Shown here: positions 1 through 13,849 of the stretch, piece after piece
Position numbering within the stretch: position 1 is the stretch's first letter
Layout: the number at the start of each line of letters is the position of its first letter
Source: Balamuthia mandrillaris
Lineage: Eukaryota
DNA length: 64,000 bases
NCBI GenBank assembly: GCA_031835245.2
Contig: JAVKOQ020000011.1
Location: 62,001 to 126,000, forward strand
Direction of reading: 5' to 3'
The notes under the pieces: generated by a model
What the model was told of the DNA's origin: nothing
Seen by the model: the letters and a program-made list of their open reading frames with translations, nothing else
Databases searched by the model: none
Program-made: the position numbers and the translations under genes

Positions 1-3000
1 CAGAGAACGGTGGTACGGTTGAAGAAGCTAAAGGAGCTGCGTGGCCTCAATTGGTATCCCTTTCTGTGCGAGCTGTGGGCTGCCAGCCTTCGCCTTCACC
101 GCTTTGCTTCATATCCATCACGCGAGTATGATCTCACGAGAAACTTCTTGTTGGTGAAGGTACAGTTTTCGCTCGTCTATGAACATTCCCATTTTATTTC
201 TTGTGTTTCGTTCACTCGTTGATTCTTCGTTCCTGTTCTTCTGCCCCTCTCGGCATGCAGCTGCCTTTATTGCTTAAACATTGGAAGGAAGAGATGGAAG
301 CCGAGAGAACCTTCCTGGACAAGAAACTACTACGTCATCATAACGCAATAGAACTCAGCCTCGTCCATTTGACCCAATTTCCATTGTTATTTTCTCAACG
401 ACAGCAACACTCCGCTTCAGATGAAAAAGGAGAACAAACCGAATGGAGGCCCCCCCTTTCCAACTCCTCGGCGGATCTTTGGCAAGAGATGGTGGAGGCT
501 TGCTCCAATCAGGAACTCGTCTCTAAAGCCTCTATTTATGCCCTGTTGGATGGTCGCCATCCGCCCAAGAGCTTGGATTCGGTGCCTGAAGAAAACGTTC
601 AGGAAGAAGCAGAAGCGAAGATAGTGGCAGACATAACATTTGAAACCGATCGAGTGGACTCATCAACAAACAAACTGATGGTTCAAGAAGAAATGGAGAA
701 TCTTATCGAAGGACTTTATGTTTCTCAGCATCAAGAAGATGAAGAACAACGGCTAAGTTCTGTTGTGGCACTCGTAACAGACTTAACGGGTGGAGCCCTG
801 TTCCTACAAGAATGGCTGGTGGATCGCCTTCTTAAGATGACAACTCCCAATCCCACACTCTATCAACTTTCTGAAGAAGTGCAGAACGAAAGGGACAAGC
901 AAGCAGCTTCAATTCCCTCAGCAACGGCTGTTTCTCTCATCTTTTCTGCCCTGACCCAGGAGACAGCTCTTGGAGTCTTTCATCAGCACGGAAAACTCCC
1001 AGCCCTTGCCTCCAATGCGTTCCTGTACTGCGACATTTGGGGTTTGTTCCTTTCTTCATCATCTTGTTATTTTCCTTGGTTGGTTTGCTTACGACTCGCT
1101 TACCATGGTTTTCGTGTTTGTAGGAAGCAAGACTGTGGACATGGAACCTCGCAAGCAACATCGGTTGTTTTCTAGGGCTTTCCTTCTACTAGTGTCTATC
1201 TTGGAGAATTTTGAAGTCCGCTCTATCTCCGAAAATCAATCGAAAGTACATCGAACTGACGGCTTTCGCTTCTTAATCAGCAAGTACCATACTTCAAAAC
1301 AAATGAAAACAGGATCTCATGTAGTCAAAGAAGAGAAAATGGAAGAGGAGGAGGTAGAAACAGAAACGGAGGAGGGAGGAGAATCCAAGACCCCCAACAT
1401 ATTGTCTTGGTACAGAGGATATCTCTTTGAGGTGTTACCGTGGCACAACAGCCTTTGTCAGGAGCCCACCTCAACCATCCCCGTCGTTGGAGACAAAATT
1501 CTTCTCTCTCTTCTCTCCTCAGCAGCTTCAACAGATACTTCTGAGCAAGACGCAAGTTTAGGAGGAGACAACCTACCCTCAGCCACACAATCGCCCCTTG
1601 CCTTCACCGACAACAGTAATAATGCCGAGGACACGCTGAATCAACACAACCCGTTGGAACTCATAGAGAGCCTTCCATATGTGTTGCACCAACTGGCCAT
1701 AGCCTCTGTACACAGCGTTATTCCATTGTCTCGCACTACGAGGGTGTTAACGCAACTGGTGGATGCGTTGCCCTATGCCTATGCGCTTTTTATTCTTTGG
1801 TTCAACCGTCAATTCTTTATGGGCAGTGGCAGGATTGGAACTTCTCCTCATTCTCGGTATTCTTCTCCTTCTCTCGTTCATGGAATCTTGTCTATGTTAA
1901 CTTTCGGTTTTAAAAATTTGTCAACATTGTCGGTAGCCTTGAAACGCCTCCTCCTTCACCAGCCAGCACGCTAACCATTCTGAGCACATTCCTGCAAGCT
2001 CGCCCGTTGCCTTCTTCGGTTTGTACTTTCTCAGGCTCTTTTCAACTTTTTTCTGCCCTATTTGACTTGAAAAATTACCAAGGTGAAAACAGCGGTAGGA
2101 CCTCGACTCAAAACCACTCTAGCTGGATTTTCTCGCAATCCTGAGTTGCAAGTTGTTGCACAACAACTAGCTCCAGGTATCTCCACATTCTTTTTGCCAA
2201 CACAAATAGAGTTTTGGTGGTCTTTTTTAATATCACTTCTATTCAGTGTCAGCTCCCAAACCAAAGGTGTTGGGTCCGATTATTTCCAATGTTTTTCAAC
2301 AACACTTTTACTTTGCCTTCACCGAAGCGCATCTGCGTAACCCCAATCTGGAGAGTTTCACGGACATACTCCACCGGCTAGGACATCGGCACTTTTGCGA
2401 GTTAATGCTCAAGGCCATCATCGCTACCATCTCCGTGGGCATGCACTCCAAACACTCGCTTCGTGTTGCGGAGTTAGGGGGTTGCCTTCTCGCCTTTTGT
2501 GGCGACACTCTCTCCTTCCGAAGCGAAGCACGAGATGTTCAACTGCATCGACCCCAGGCAGCATATTATATCTCCGAGCTGATGGCGGAGTTCTTCTCTT
2601 ACTGTGTGCCGTTGTGCCAGTTTGGTAAGAGGACCCAGTTCTACGGACAATTGCTCGCTTACGTTGTGGCTGTGTCACTTGCTGTCTCTGACCAGAAGAT
2701 GCCGCACTCCAAGCGTGAACAACTTCCTTATAGCGAGTAAGCTTCTCTCGTTTTTTTTTCGTTTTCGTTCGTTGTAATCGGCGTTGGGCTTTCTCTAATG
2801 TTACCTCCAGTGGCGAGATGGCCCTCGTGAAGCTCCTTGAGCATGCGACAGGGTTGTTGGAGGAAGGAGTCGAACATCCCTCTTCTGCACTCTCCTTTCC
2901 TCTTACGCTGTTGCAGTTATGCACTGCCATCCCTTCCGTCTTTGCCTACGCTCCTACCGCACGCCTCGTTTCCGTTCTAAAAGCTTTGGGCCATCATGAC

Positions 3001-3075
3001 CTCGTTCTTGCCATCTTCTTGGCACAACTCGACACCAACCCTAGCAGCTCTTTCCGTTTGCAGGATTATTTTTGA
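1..3075 (+). CDS. Multi-exon helical protein, 5' end outside window; probable Mediator tail subunit MED24/Med5-like
   Basis: ORF pieces 10-222, 201-1175, 970-1974, 2246-2740 and 2818-3075 are joinable by GT-AG introns (e.g. 160-260). The spliced segment 'RLKKLKELRGLNWYPFLCELWAASLRL...RNFLLVK|LPLLLKHW' resembles the MED24/Med5 'LEIWKAC...AFTFLKIPQVL' motif as recalled. Stop TGA at 3073-3075. Confidence 0.45.
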
Positions 3076-3130
3076 AATGATTGTAAGTAAAACACGAGAC
3101 ATACACGCTCTTTATTTAGCAGTTTTGAAT

Positions 3131-6100
3131 TCAGGCAAGCTGCGGATATTTGATGCGAACAACACTCACGTTGGAAATGGTGGAGCTCAGCATGTTGCCG
3201 AAGTTTTGGGTAAGGATCTTGAGCTGGTGCTCTGCATCAGGGTCTGGCGTGTTGGAAGCAGCCTTCACGCTCGCCAAGATCTTCAGCTGGATAGAAAAGT
3301 TCTTCAAGGCCTGTGCGCATTTGATAAGTCGGTCCTGCAGCTCGCGGTCGGGCACTTTCTTGGCCAACGCCATGATGTCGCTGTAGAGCGCGTTCACAAA
3401 GCCAGCGATGGTACGAGCCGAGATGAGGAACTGTTGTCGTTGTCCCCCCATGCAGGCTTGGGCCAGCTTGCTGAGCTCTCTGCCTATGTTGGAGGTGTGT
3501 TGGCCGGTGATGGCGTCCTCCTTGTAGATGCGGTGCGCCTGTTTGATGTTCTCGGCCACATGGTTGATGCTTTCTTCCAAACTTCCTGCTTTGGCAGGCG
3601 CTTTGGATGCAGCTGCAAGATTCTCCAGGTCGCCTAATTGAGGTTAGTGGTAAAGTGAATGTGAGCATTCTTGGAGTTGTCCTAAGGACACAAACAATGT
3701 AAGCGAAAAAATAATTCACAACGATACCGATGATGGCGTCCACAGAAGCTGCGGGTCGGTTGGAACGGCTTGGGCCACCTCTGGCTGCTGCCTCTATCTC
3801 TTGCAACATCGAGTTAAGGTCAAGGGCAGCCTTGGCTCTCGCACTTGCCCCAGCTTGTCCCCTGTTTTCATAACAATGTAAGAAATAAGAGAAATGTGAG
3901 TGGCATAAACCCTAACAGTGAGAGAGAGGGAAGAATCTCTTACTTGTAAGCCTGAAGGTTTACGTCGTTCGCGAGTCCACTCAAATATTTAGCTAGAGCC
4001 TCGGCAGCTTCCAGGAATGTCTTGGGATCCACTTGTCTCCCTTTAGCCGCTTTAAGAGCAGCCAAGACGCGAGCAGCACGAGCTGCCGGGTCTGCAATGA
4101 GCGGCTCGGCCGTGTCTTCCGAGGTTTGTTCACGAATGTCCTGCAGAGGTGCTTTGATCTTGTGAACGGTGTCGCTAAGTTTAGCTTGTTTCCTGTTGTC
4201 GCGTGGATTCCTAGCCGCATCTGCAGCCGCTCCATCCAGATCCCTGAGAGTTCTCTCCAGTTCCTGGATAGCATCCAGGAGATTGCTCTGTTTATCATCG
4301 TCCAGTCCTCCGGCAATCTGCCTAGCTTTGTCCACGAGCTTATCTCTGACTGCTTTAACGTCACTCAAAGCGTTTTGAACTGCCTGTGGGTCGCCAGCTT
4401 TGGCAGCTCCTTCCACCTTGGCAAGATTAGCCTCTTCGTTTTTGGTGAGAGCCTCAATTGTGTGCTCTTTGGTGGGCCTCATGAAATCGGCAGCAGCAGC
4501 CAGTCTAGCCTCATAGTCATCAACTATTTCCTGCAGCTTGTGCTGCTTTAGAGGGTCGTTGGGGTTTAGCAGCGCCTCCTTGGCCGCGTTGATCTGCTTA
4601 GGCAGGAGGGCCTCCAGCTCACCGATGGAGTCCAAGAGTTCACGCTTCCTGGTGGGATCATCAACGCCGGAGGAATGAGCCCTGGCTTGCTCCACCAGTT
4701 TGGCATTGGAAGCGGCCACAGCTTTGGCTGACTCGGCCACTTCTTTGGCATCTCCTCGTCTTGCAGCTGCGGAAAGGCTTTCCAATGCTGCGGCTTCCTT
4801 ATGCGCTTCAGCGATAGGCTCTGCATGGCTCTGCTCGATAGCTCTGTGCACAGCATCCTCCAACTAAAGCAAAAGGTAATGCTGTTATTGCGGGCATATG
4901 GACAGATATCAAAAGAAAATTCGTACTCTATTAACATCATCAGCCAGGTCACTCTGTGCCTTCCTGTCACGAGGGTTGTTTTTGGCTTGGTTGCCATGCT
5001 CTTGCAGCTTTTTCAGCATGTCTTCCAAACGGCTGATCGTATCCGCCAGCCGGTTTCTCTCATCATGGTCTTCTTCTTCCTCTGCAGCCTTAACCGCTTT
5101 ATCCAATACCTCATCAGCCGCGTTAAGGAGGGCTCTCAAATGGTCGTCAAGAGAGTTACGATCGCCCTTTTGAGAGGCATCCTTGAGCTTCTCACCGTGC
5201 TCATGTATGTCATCTGCAGCTTTGAGCAGAGCTTGTTCCTTTCGTGGATACACCGCGTCCTTGATGCGTTCAATAGCATCGTTCATTTCCTCGCTAGTGG
5301 CACCAAGCTCGTTTTGGGCTTCATAATCGGCCGGGTCCTTCAAAAAGAATGTTAACGCGAGACAACTTTAAAGAGAGAGAGAGAGAGAGAGGGTATGAAC
5401 ATACCGCCGCGACTTTTTGGGCTGCCTTGATCTTTTGAGGAAGAAGCCTCTCCAGGTCAGCAATTGCGTCTTGAATGCGCTTGCGCTTGACTGGGTCGTT
5501 GGCACGTGCGGCGGCATCCTCCGCCACATTGATGAGTTCCTCCTGAGCAGCAGCAGACTTGCTGGCAGCGTGAGGAACGTTGATGGGCTTAAGATTTCTG
5601 GCAGCCTCCAACAAGTCCTTAAGGGCCACCCTTTCATTGTTGGCCTTGGCGATGACGTCTTGATCATTGGTTCTGGGTTTAGCGGTCTTATTCTTGAGAG
5701 TGTGAACGGGTTCGCGTAGCTGTTCTCCAACAGCTTGCAGTTCGTTTCGGGCTGCGTTGTCGGCAGGATTCCTGCGGAGCTTCGCCACCACTTCGATGAC
5801 CTTGGGTGCGGCAGCGGTGATAGCGTTTACGGCCCTTCCGAGCTTTTCGTCCTTGGATGCATTGCGTTCCGGAGCCACAGCAGCCACCGCTGCGTCCAAT
5901 TGTCTTTGTACCGAGGCAGCGCTGTCCCGCAACTCTTTCTGAGCGGCTTTGTCCTGAGGGCTGCGAGCAGCCTTCTTGGCAGCAGCCTCCACCTTGGGAA
6001 GCGCATCTTTGAGCTCTTCCACTGCGTGTACTAACCCTTCCTTTTTCTTGGGATTCCTCTCCTCCGCTGCTATCTTAGCCAGCTTCAATTCTAGGAGCAT

Positions 6101-6701
6101 CGCATGATAATGGTAAGAGAGAAGGCATACAGCAATAAAGAGTAAGAATGGATATTGACGTACTCGCATCATCATGATCATGGTGAAGGGCGGGAAGGAT
6201 GCGATTCACAGCCTCAGCGTTGCCCCTGGCGACTTCCTCTTGGAGAACGTCAAGGTCATCCTTTTCCTTGACCGCTGCGTCCAAGAACTTGCCAACAGGA
6301 CCCTTGGAATCGGGCTTCATAGCATCATGCAGCTCATCCAATGCGGATTTGTGATGGCCAATGGCATCTTGGAGGCTCTCCTGCGCTTTCTTGTCTCTGG
6401 GATTCTTCACTCTCTGCAAGCTGGCAGCTACTGTCTCAGGAAGCATCCGTTCGAGCTCCTCCAGAGCTTCGTGAGCGGCTTGGCGTTTGGAGGGATCTTG
6501 CTTGGCAATTTCCAGCTTGGCGGCTTGCACTATTTGGGGAGAGTGTCTAGCCAGCAAGACCACATCATCAGCGACGCGTTTCAAGTCAGCGTCGTCTCTG
6601 TTACTTGATTTCTTAAGGTCGTTCAAGATGTTGTGAAGTTTGCCTGTCTCGCTTGTGGGCTGTGCTTTGGCGATGCCCTGGCCGTATGACGCAACACTGA
6701 T

Positions 6702-6746
<45 letters not shown>

Positions 6747-9700
6747 GGACCTTTACTTACCACCAATCGATCAGCAATATCCTGCAAGTCCCTGACGTCC
6801 TTTTCCAGTTTGTCCTGAGCAGCTTTGTCTCTGGGATTGCTCACTGCGCGGATGGCATCGGGACGAAGCTGCTTAGACAAGTCCTCCAATGCATCTACCA
6901 ACTCATTGAGCTCGCGTTTGGTGATGGGATCATCCGTGTTTGCCGCTTCCTGTTTGGCGGCAGCTCCCAATCTGCGCACAGCATCCTCCAACGAGTTCAA
7001 CGCACGGTTAAGGCCAGCGTTGTCTCCGATCTTGGCGGCGGCGATGATCTGTGGGCCAGCGCTCTCAACAGCGTTCCTTGCTCGCAGAATTGCCTCTTCA
7101 GGATGCTCCACTGGTGCCAGAGATTCTGCCAGGCTGCGCAACGTGTCCTACAACGAGAAAGAGAAACGTGAGGAGTAGTTCAAGAGAAAAGCTTGCCCAA
7201 AAATGAGGCATACTTCAAGCTCCATGGTTTTGTCTTCCAGTTGTCTCTGCTTTTGCTTGTCAGATGGGTTTTGGGTGACTTCCTTCGCCGCTTTGATCTG
7301 CTGAGGCAACAAGCTTTCCAACTCCTCTACGGCAGTAAGCAGCTCGCGCTTGCGGAGGGGGTCCTTCGTGCCAACCGCCTCCACTTTGGCCTGTTCCACT
7401 AGCTTGGGAGTGGCCCTGGCAAGCTGCTTGGCCACTTTTTCAACCCCCTTTGTGTCCTGCTCCTTGGAGGCTCCCTCGAGGGTTGCTGCATCTTTGGCCA
7501 CTCTGTGGGCAGCTGCTGCCAACGCCTCGTCAGGAGTGTCGTACATGGCGTCCACGAGATTGTCCATTGCGTCCTTAAGCTTCTCGTTCGTCTCTTCCAA
7601 GCGTTGCTGCTTGCGTTTGTCGTGGGGGGCTGCCATCGCCTCTCTGGTAGCCTCCATTTGGGCGGGTATCATGTTCTCCAGCTCCGCAATGGCATCATAC
7701 AGCTCCTTCTTTCTCTTAGGGTCGAGCGTGCGGCGTGCTTCAGCTCTGCCCTCTCCCGCCAACTTACGCAAATGGTTGTTGGCGTCTGTTCATTTTGAAA
7801 CAAGAAACAATTAGTTAAATGTACATTCATTCTCTCTCTTTCTTTCACGCATCCTTGCTATGTTTCTTTCTACATTCCAAACAAAAAACGTAAACGGAGG
7901 TACCTTTTTCAGCATCGGCTGCGGAAGCGAGGTCGCCATTCCTCAACGCCTCCAATAACCGATCCAGCTCGCAGAGGGCATTATGTTTGTCACGATCCGC
8001 CAAGTCGGCAGAGGAGGGTTTGGCAGCATCCAACAAGTCGCTCACCGCATCGTCCACCTTGCGAGAGATGTCGTTGAGCTGCTTCTGGGCTTGAGTATCT
8101 CTGGGCCGTTCCAGCGCCGTTCTAGCAGCTTTGTTTTGATCAGGCACGAGGTTGGCCAATTGGTCGATGGCAGCGGCCAGCTCCATCTTCTTCAACGGAT
8201 CCGATCTGTCGTTCTGCAGCTCATGAGCCCTCCACAGAAGCTCATCGTTGGCCTTCTCGAGGTCATCCACGGCCTTGGGCATGAACTTGGGGTCCTCAGC
8301 GCCGGCAGCCGAGCGAAGTACCTTGTCTTCTATCTGTTGTTGCTTCTTTGCAGCGATGCGAAGGGGAGCCTCTGGTTGAACGGCTTTTTCCACTTGGGCC
8401 AGAGCGTGCATGACTTGATTGTTGACATCGTCGAGGTCTTCCTGCTTGGCCTTATCCCTCGGTACTGATGCTGCAGCGGAGGCTGCGCTTAGCTGCTCTG
8501 GGAGAAGTCTGTCGAGCTCTGCCACAGCATCCAAGATCTCCCTCTTGCGGGAGGGGTCGTATTCCTTCTCGGCAAGAGCTCGTCCTTGCTTGTTCACCTC
8601 TGAGTTGAGCCGGTTCAGGTTCTGGGCAGCGTTGGCGAGTGCTTGTTTGTCGCCCTTCTTGGCAGCATCGGCTAGCTTCTTGGACTCCTTCTCCTCGTGA
8701 CCAACTGCTGCGAGCAGCTCGTTCTCCGGATTGGGATCCACCAAGGCGTTGATGGCATTTAAGGCGTCCTTGAGTTGCTCTTCCACATCGTCTAGCTGCC
8801 TTTGGGAGGTCTTATCGTGAGGGTTAGCGTGCACCTTTTTGGCCGCTTGCATCTCAAGCGGCAACAGTGCGTCCAGCGCATGTAAAGCCTCGTTCAGCTC
8901 TTTCTTCTTGTTGGGGTCATCAGCGGCCTTAGCGGCTTGCTTGCTGAGCATGGCATTGAGGTCTTGCAAGCCGCGCAGAGCATCCTCCAGGGCGGCCACG
9001 TCACCGCCGAGCGCTGCCTCTCTCACCGTTTCCAGTTGGTTGGCCTCCTCATCGGTTATAGCTCCGGCACCTGCGCCAGGACGTACAGCCTGCGCCAGAT
9101 CTGCCAAGGCGTCCTTGACCTTGTGGTTGACGTCCTTCAAGCCTTCTTGGGCTCTGTGATCCCTGGGAGCAGCGCTAGCTCTGCTAGCTGCATTCTTTTG
9201 TTCTGGCAGTAGGTTCTCCAGCTCCTGCAAGGCGTCCAGCAGCTGCTGCTTCGCGTGAGGGTCATCCGAGTCTTTCGCTACTTGCTGCGCCTTCCTAATG
9301 AGCTCGTTGTTGGCGTTGTTGATCGCTCGCAGCGCCTCCTCCACCGCTGCGCGGTCTCCTCTAGCGGAGGCATCCTCAAGGGCGTCGCCGAGAGCGGCCT
9401 CTCTGCTAACAGCAGCCAGCACCTCCTCGTCCTTCAATCCCTCTTGTGGCTTTTTGTCCGTTAGGCTCTTCTGTGCAGCTCTAGGGAAGAGGGCATCATA
9501 GTTGGACTCGCCTTGGGATGCTCCTCGCAGCGTTTCCAAATCCTTTTTGTATTATTTGTTTGCAAATAGTTTGTAGGTCTATAAAGCAATAAAGAACAAA
9601 GAAGAGACAAAAGCGAGGAAGGAAAACCAAAAAAACATTCAAGAACGACAAACAAACTAGAACGTACTCTGTTTGCTCTCTCCAGCTCCTCTTCGAGCGG

Positions 9701-10544
9701 AAGAACGGACTTCTTGGTGGCCTCCTTCGCGCGAGCCAACGTTTCCTCGAACTTTTGTTTCTTGCGTGGGTTATCGCAGTCCTGAAGGAGCCCATTGGCG
9801 TCCTCGATGAGGTCCTGTGCGTCCCTGCTGAGCTGCTCCGCTACGGCCTCCAGCTGCTCCTGCACGAGAGGAGAGTCGGCGTCTCTGGCCTTGGCACGGA
9901 CGTACTCGGAGAGCTGGTTGAGCTTTGTGGCGCCCTCGCCGGCCTGATCGGCAAAGGCCTGGGGGTCGCTGGCCGCTTGCTCCGCGTCCAGCCTCCGCAG
10001 AGCATCGATGGCGATGTCGGCGGCGGCAAAGAGCCTCTGCAGCTCCGCTCCGTAGACTATCTGCAGGAGGAGGATGGTCTTGCCAGAGATAACCTTGCAG
10101 GCGTCCACCAAGTGGTCCCACGCGCCCTGCCGGTTGCTGGACGTCTGCAGGTTGTTGACCGCCTGAATGAGGCCCGCCGCTGCACCCTCCACTCCCCCAG
10201 CCGCCGCGTTGATCTGCTGCGCAATGTCAGGGTAGTCCGCGTACTCGTCCTGAGCCAGGCTGCGTGCCACCTGGACGAGGGCCTCAGCCGCCTTGGCCAC
10301 CCCGTTGGCGGAGGCAGGCAATGCTGCCGGCGGCGGGGCGTTCTGTTCCTGAAGGGCCACCACGAGGACCACCAGCTGAGACACCGAGTCGGTCAGAGTC
10401 TCGATGATCTGCCCCACTTTTAAAGGTTTCCAAAGGACAAAAAAGCTTCAGAAACACGATGGTGCAGCAACAACCAGAAGACGACGAAGAAGAACAAGAA
10501 GAACAAGAAAACAAACCGATCCTAGCAACGCTAACCTCTGCCAT
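3131..10544 (-). CDS. Giant vinculin/alpha-catenin-family protein (~2,150-2,200 aa, ~11 exons)
   Basis: Exon 1 is ATG 10544 to 10517 (MAEVSVARI) and splices in phase 1 to 'VGQIIETLTDSVSQLVVL', a vinculin D1-like N-terminus. A repeated motif DP.K+.EL..A..ELE.LLP.Q..AA.....P.D...Q follows. The C-terminus 'ARTIAGFVNAL...LQDRLIKCAQALKNFSIQLKILASVKA...' is vinculin-tail-like. All junctions checked are GT-AG. Confidence 0.85.
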
Positions 10545-10949
10545 TTTTGTCTTTATCTATATGATACAACCTCCTTCCCTTCTCTTGTTTTTGTTTAACA
10601 CACACAAACGGCAAGGAGTTCAACAAAGCGGGGGCTCCTCTTTTACCCTTTTGTTGTGTTGCTGCTTTGTTGAACAACAAAAGGACGGAGCCAACCAACG
10701 CCAAAAAAAGGCCAAAATAAAGAGGGAAAGGGGGACTCAGGCTCTCCCCTGGTTGGTCCGTTCGTGCTCCGTTGTTGTCCAACCGAAGCAATCCATTATT
10801 TTTTTTTTTCAAATTTTTGTAACGGGGGTTTGGTTTGGTTTGGTTTGGTTGCTGTGGAACTCATTAATGCCGTCGTTTCGGTTGTTACTTGGTACTTGGC
10901 AAACTAACACAACAAGCCAGACTTTCTGGTTCTCGCAGCCTTCAGCACC

Positions 10950-11001
<52 letters not shown>

Positions 11002-11077
11002 GCACGAAGTAAGTGTACATGCTTTGTTTTTTTTTTAAAAAAAAAGCTGAGGCAACACAAGCTTGTGTTGTTGTTTG

Positions 11078-11515
11078 TTACATGAGCCGCTCCTCAATGT
11101 CGTTACCAAGGGTGTCTATGTTGGTCCAAAGGCGGTACGGCATGCACTGCATGACGAGCACGCCCTCCTCAAACCGACACTCCTGATACCTTTCCGTCCG
11201 CTCCACCAGTCGGAACGTAATGACCCTCTTGCTGGCCCCCTCCAAGAGAGCCTCCTTCACCCTCTCTTCCTTACACAGCTGCGTGATCCTCTTGGCCAGC
11301 TGAGGGAGGTAGATGCCGTAGAGGACCGTGCCGAGGCGGTCCCTATAGCCGCTCTCCACCTTCTCATTGATGTCCACGAGTTCCTCGTCAGAGAGCTCAA
11401 AGCGCCATGACTCCTGGCCGGTGGCTTGCTTTATCTCTTGAAGCGCGTTCTCCTTGTGCGGGGTGTTGGCGCTCAGGTCCTTCCTATGCTTCAGTGAGAG
11501 CCTCGTCTCCGTCAT
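11078..11515 (-). CDS. Conserved-looking hypothetical protein, 145 aa, single coding exon
   Basis: ATG at 11515 (MTETRLSLKHRKDL...WTNIDTLGNDIEERLM). GC3-rich codons and globular composition; no family recognised with certainty. Confidence 0.7.
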   Translation of the reverse strand: MTETRLSLKHRKDLSANTPHKENALQEIKQATGQESWRFELSDEELVDINEKVESGYRDRLGTVLYGIYLPQLAKRITQLCKEERVKEALLEGASKRVITFRLVERTERYQECRFEEGVLVMQCMPYRLWTNIDTLGNDIEERLM

Positions 11516-11553
11516 GTTCGGCTTTATTTGCTGTTGAAGCTCCGAAAGAAAAT

Positions 11554-11585
<32 letters not shown>

Positions 11586-11735
11586 GAGAGGACAACCACG
11601 TAATGCTCACGAGCGTGGGTTGAGGTAAACTTCGGTCGCCTTGTCTTCTTCCTCTGTTTTTAAAATTAACACTAATAGAGAGCCCTTTTATTAATTTACA
11701 AAAAGAGGCCAATTAAAAAATGATAAAAAGGTTTA

Positions 11736-13669
11736 TCACGTTTCTTGTTGTATCTTTTCGATCTCTTCCTCGGGCACTTGGTTGATGACCACCCTTCCGT
11801 CGTAGGACAAGGAGGCAAAGACGTAAGGGGAGGCCAGGCTGCTGCCCCATGCCACCGAGTACACGCTGTGCTCGTGGTCATCATAGCTGCGAATGAGATA
11901 ATCCTTTGCATGATATCTATTATTATTGCTGCCAGTACTTTGCGTTAAAGGGCAAAGGAACGATGAAGGAGGAACGAACAAAGAAAACTAGATGTCAGTT
12001 GACTTTGTTGGGCTGTCCAAAGTGTTAAAAACCAAGAGGAGAACAAACGAAAAAAAAGTACCTGGAGGGAGTGGGCTCAGCATCACCGCCAGCGGCTAGC
12101 AGAGGCCCGGAAGACAAGGAAGATATCTTCCATAAGCAAACAGAACTATCTGTAGAAGAACTTAGCAACAACTGATCTCGAGAGCGATTGTACTCCACGT
12201 TCCATATCCTGTTCAAAGTTGTTATTATTTATTTATTTTTGATGGTTATTTGTTTGAAAAATAGCACAGAGAGTAAGTTTCGTCATCTTCATTACGTACC
12301 AATGAGAATGAGCAGGAACAGCTTTGAGAGGGTGGTTGGTGTTACGGATATCCCAAAAGTTGAGAGAAGCGTCATCTCCGGCTGTTACCAGCAGATACAA
12401 TTTGTTAGGATTGTAGTCCATATCCCTCACCGAATGCCCATTGGCTTCCTTGATACAAAATGATTCTCTGCAATAACAAGTGGAGTGTAAGAAAAGGAGA
12501 GGAGGGGAAATATAGAGCGGCACTCACTTGCCAGAGCGCAGATCCCAGCCCTGCACACGCGTACCACTGGCAGTGGCTATCTCCTCCTCGAAATGAGGGC
12601 TCCACTGAGCCGTGGTGAGGGTCTGGAAGCCGCTAATGGTGATGGTAGTAACTTCCTTTCCAACGACTTGCTCTCCTTCGCTGCCCAACGAGCCCAAGTC
12701 CCAAAGCTTCAAGCTGTTGTCATCCAGAGAAAATACGCTGTTGCTAGTGGTCTCCGCGTCCATCACTGTTGGCTTCCAACCAACCCTTTTTTTTTTTCAG
12801 AAGAGAAGGTCAGAAATGTTGTCTGTGATAGCTAACGTCAAATACTCGAGGTGAACTATGATTACCGTTTGACGGTGCCATTGTGGCTGGCAAGGTTGAC
12901 TACTTCGTTCAGCTCCGAATAGTCTCCTTCACCTTGTATGCGCCACAGGGAGGCCCTGTACTCTAGCCCTGGTTGTGAGAAGAAAACATGAGATGCTGTG
13001 TAAAAGAAGAACAAGGAGAACAAGGAAAAGAAGAAGACGAAGAAGAAGAAGAAGAAGAAGAAGAAAGAAGAAGAAAGAAGAAGAAAAAGAACAAGAAGAA
13101 GAAGAAGAAGAACAAGAACAAGAAGAACAAGAAGAACAAGAAGAACAAGAAAGAGAGAGAGGGAGAAAGCGAGAGAGAGAGAGAGAGAGAGAATGAGAGA
13201 GAGAGCAAGCGAAAGTTGACCTGTGTTGTAGCAAGTAAAGAACAGGTCGGGGTCGGAGGGACAGGGAGCAATGTTCCACACTTCCTTCGGGTGTGGATAC
13301 TGTCCAACCCTCTCCCACTGAAGCTCCTCACTGTCCTCAACGATCTCTATGAGGTGCACCTTTTGAGCAGTTTGGTATCATCAGCCTCATCACGTGAAGC
13401 AACAAAAGGAGAAAGTAAGGCGCCTCACCTCATTCTCCTCTCGTAGACCAAGCGTGCCGATAAGAAACCTGTTCCTGTCCGTCTCTCCTGTTTGGGCAGT
13501 GAGGCATCTGGCCTACCCAGCCATCACCACACCACCATACCCCCAAATCAGATCAGATGTTTGAAAAAGGCGGACAAAAATAGCAGTAACTCCTGGCCTT
13601 GCTTACCTTCATAGAAAGGCCGTAGACGGTAGCCTCCTCCTGGCTACCTCCATACGACGGAAACAACAT
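11736..13669 (-). CDS. EIPR1: EARP/GARP-interacting WD40 protein EIPR1 (TSSC1)
   Basis: Spliced N-terminus [54 protein letters not shown]. Further hallmarks: '[20 protein letters not shown]', 'HSHW', '[11 protein letters not shown]' and '[13 protein letters not shown]...[13 protein letters not shown]'. Confidence 0.9.
13005..13203. repeat. Compound (GAA/GAACAA)n + (GA)n microsatellite in an EIPR1 intron
   Basis: Directly visible low-complexity repeat; reads as CTT/CT on the gene's sense strand. Confidence 0.95.
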
Positions 13670-13739
13670 CTTCCTCTTTGTTTGTCTTTCTTTTCCTCTT
13701 TTTGTTTTCTTAAGAATTCTTTTTTAAGGAGAAGAGAGA

Positions 13740-13782
<43 letters not shown>

Positions 13783-13849
13783 TGAGAGAGAAAGCAGAGA
13801 GCAGAGAGAGAGAGAGAGAGAGAAGAGAGTCATGTTTTTTTTCTTGAGT

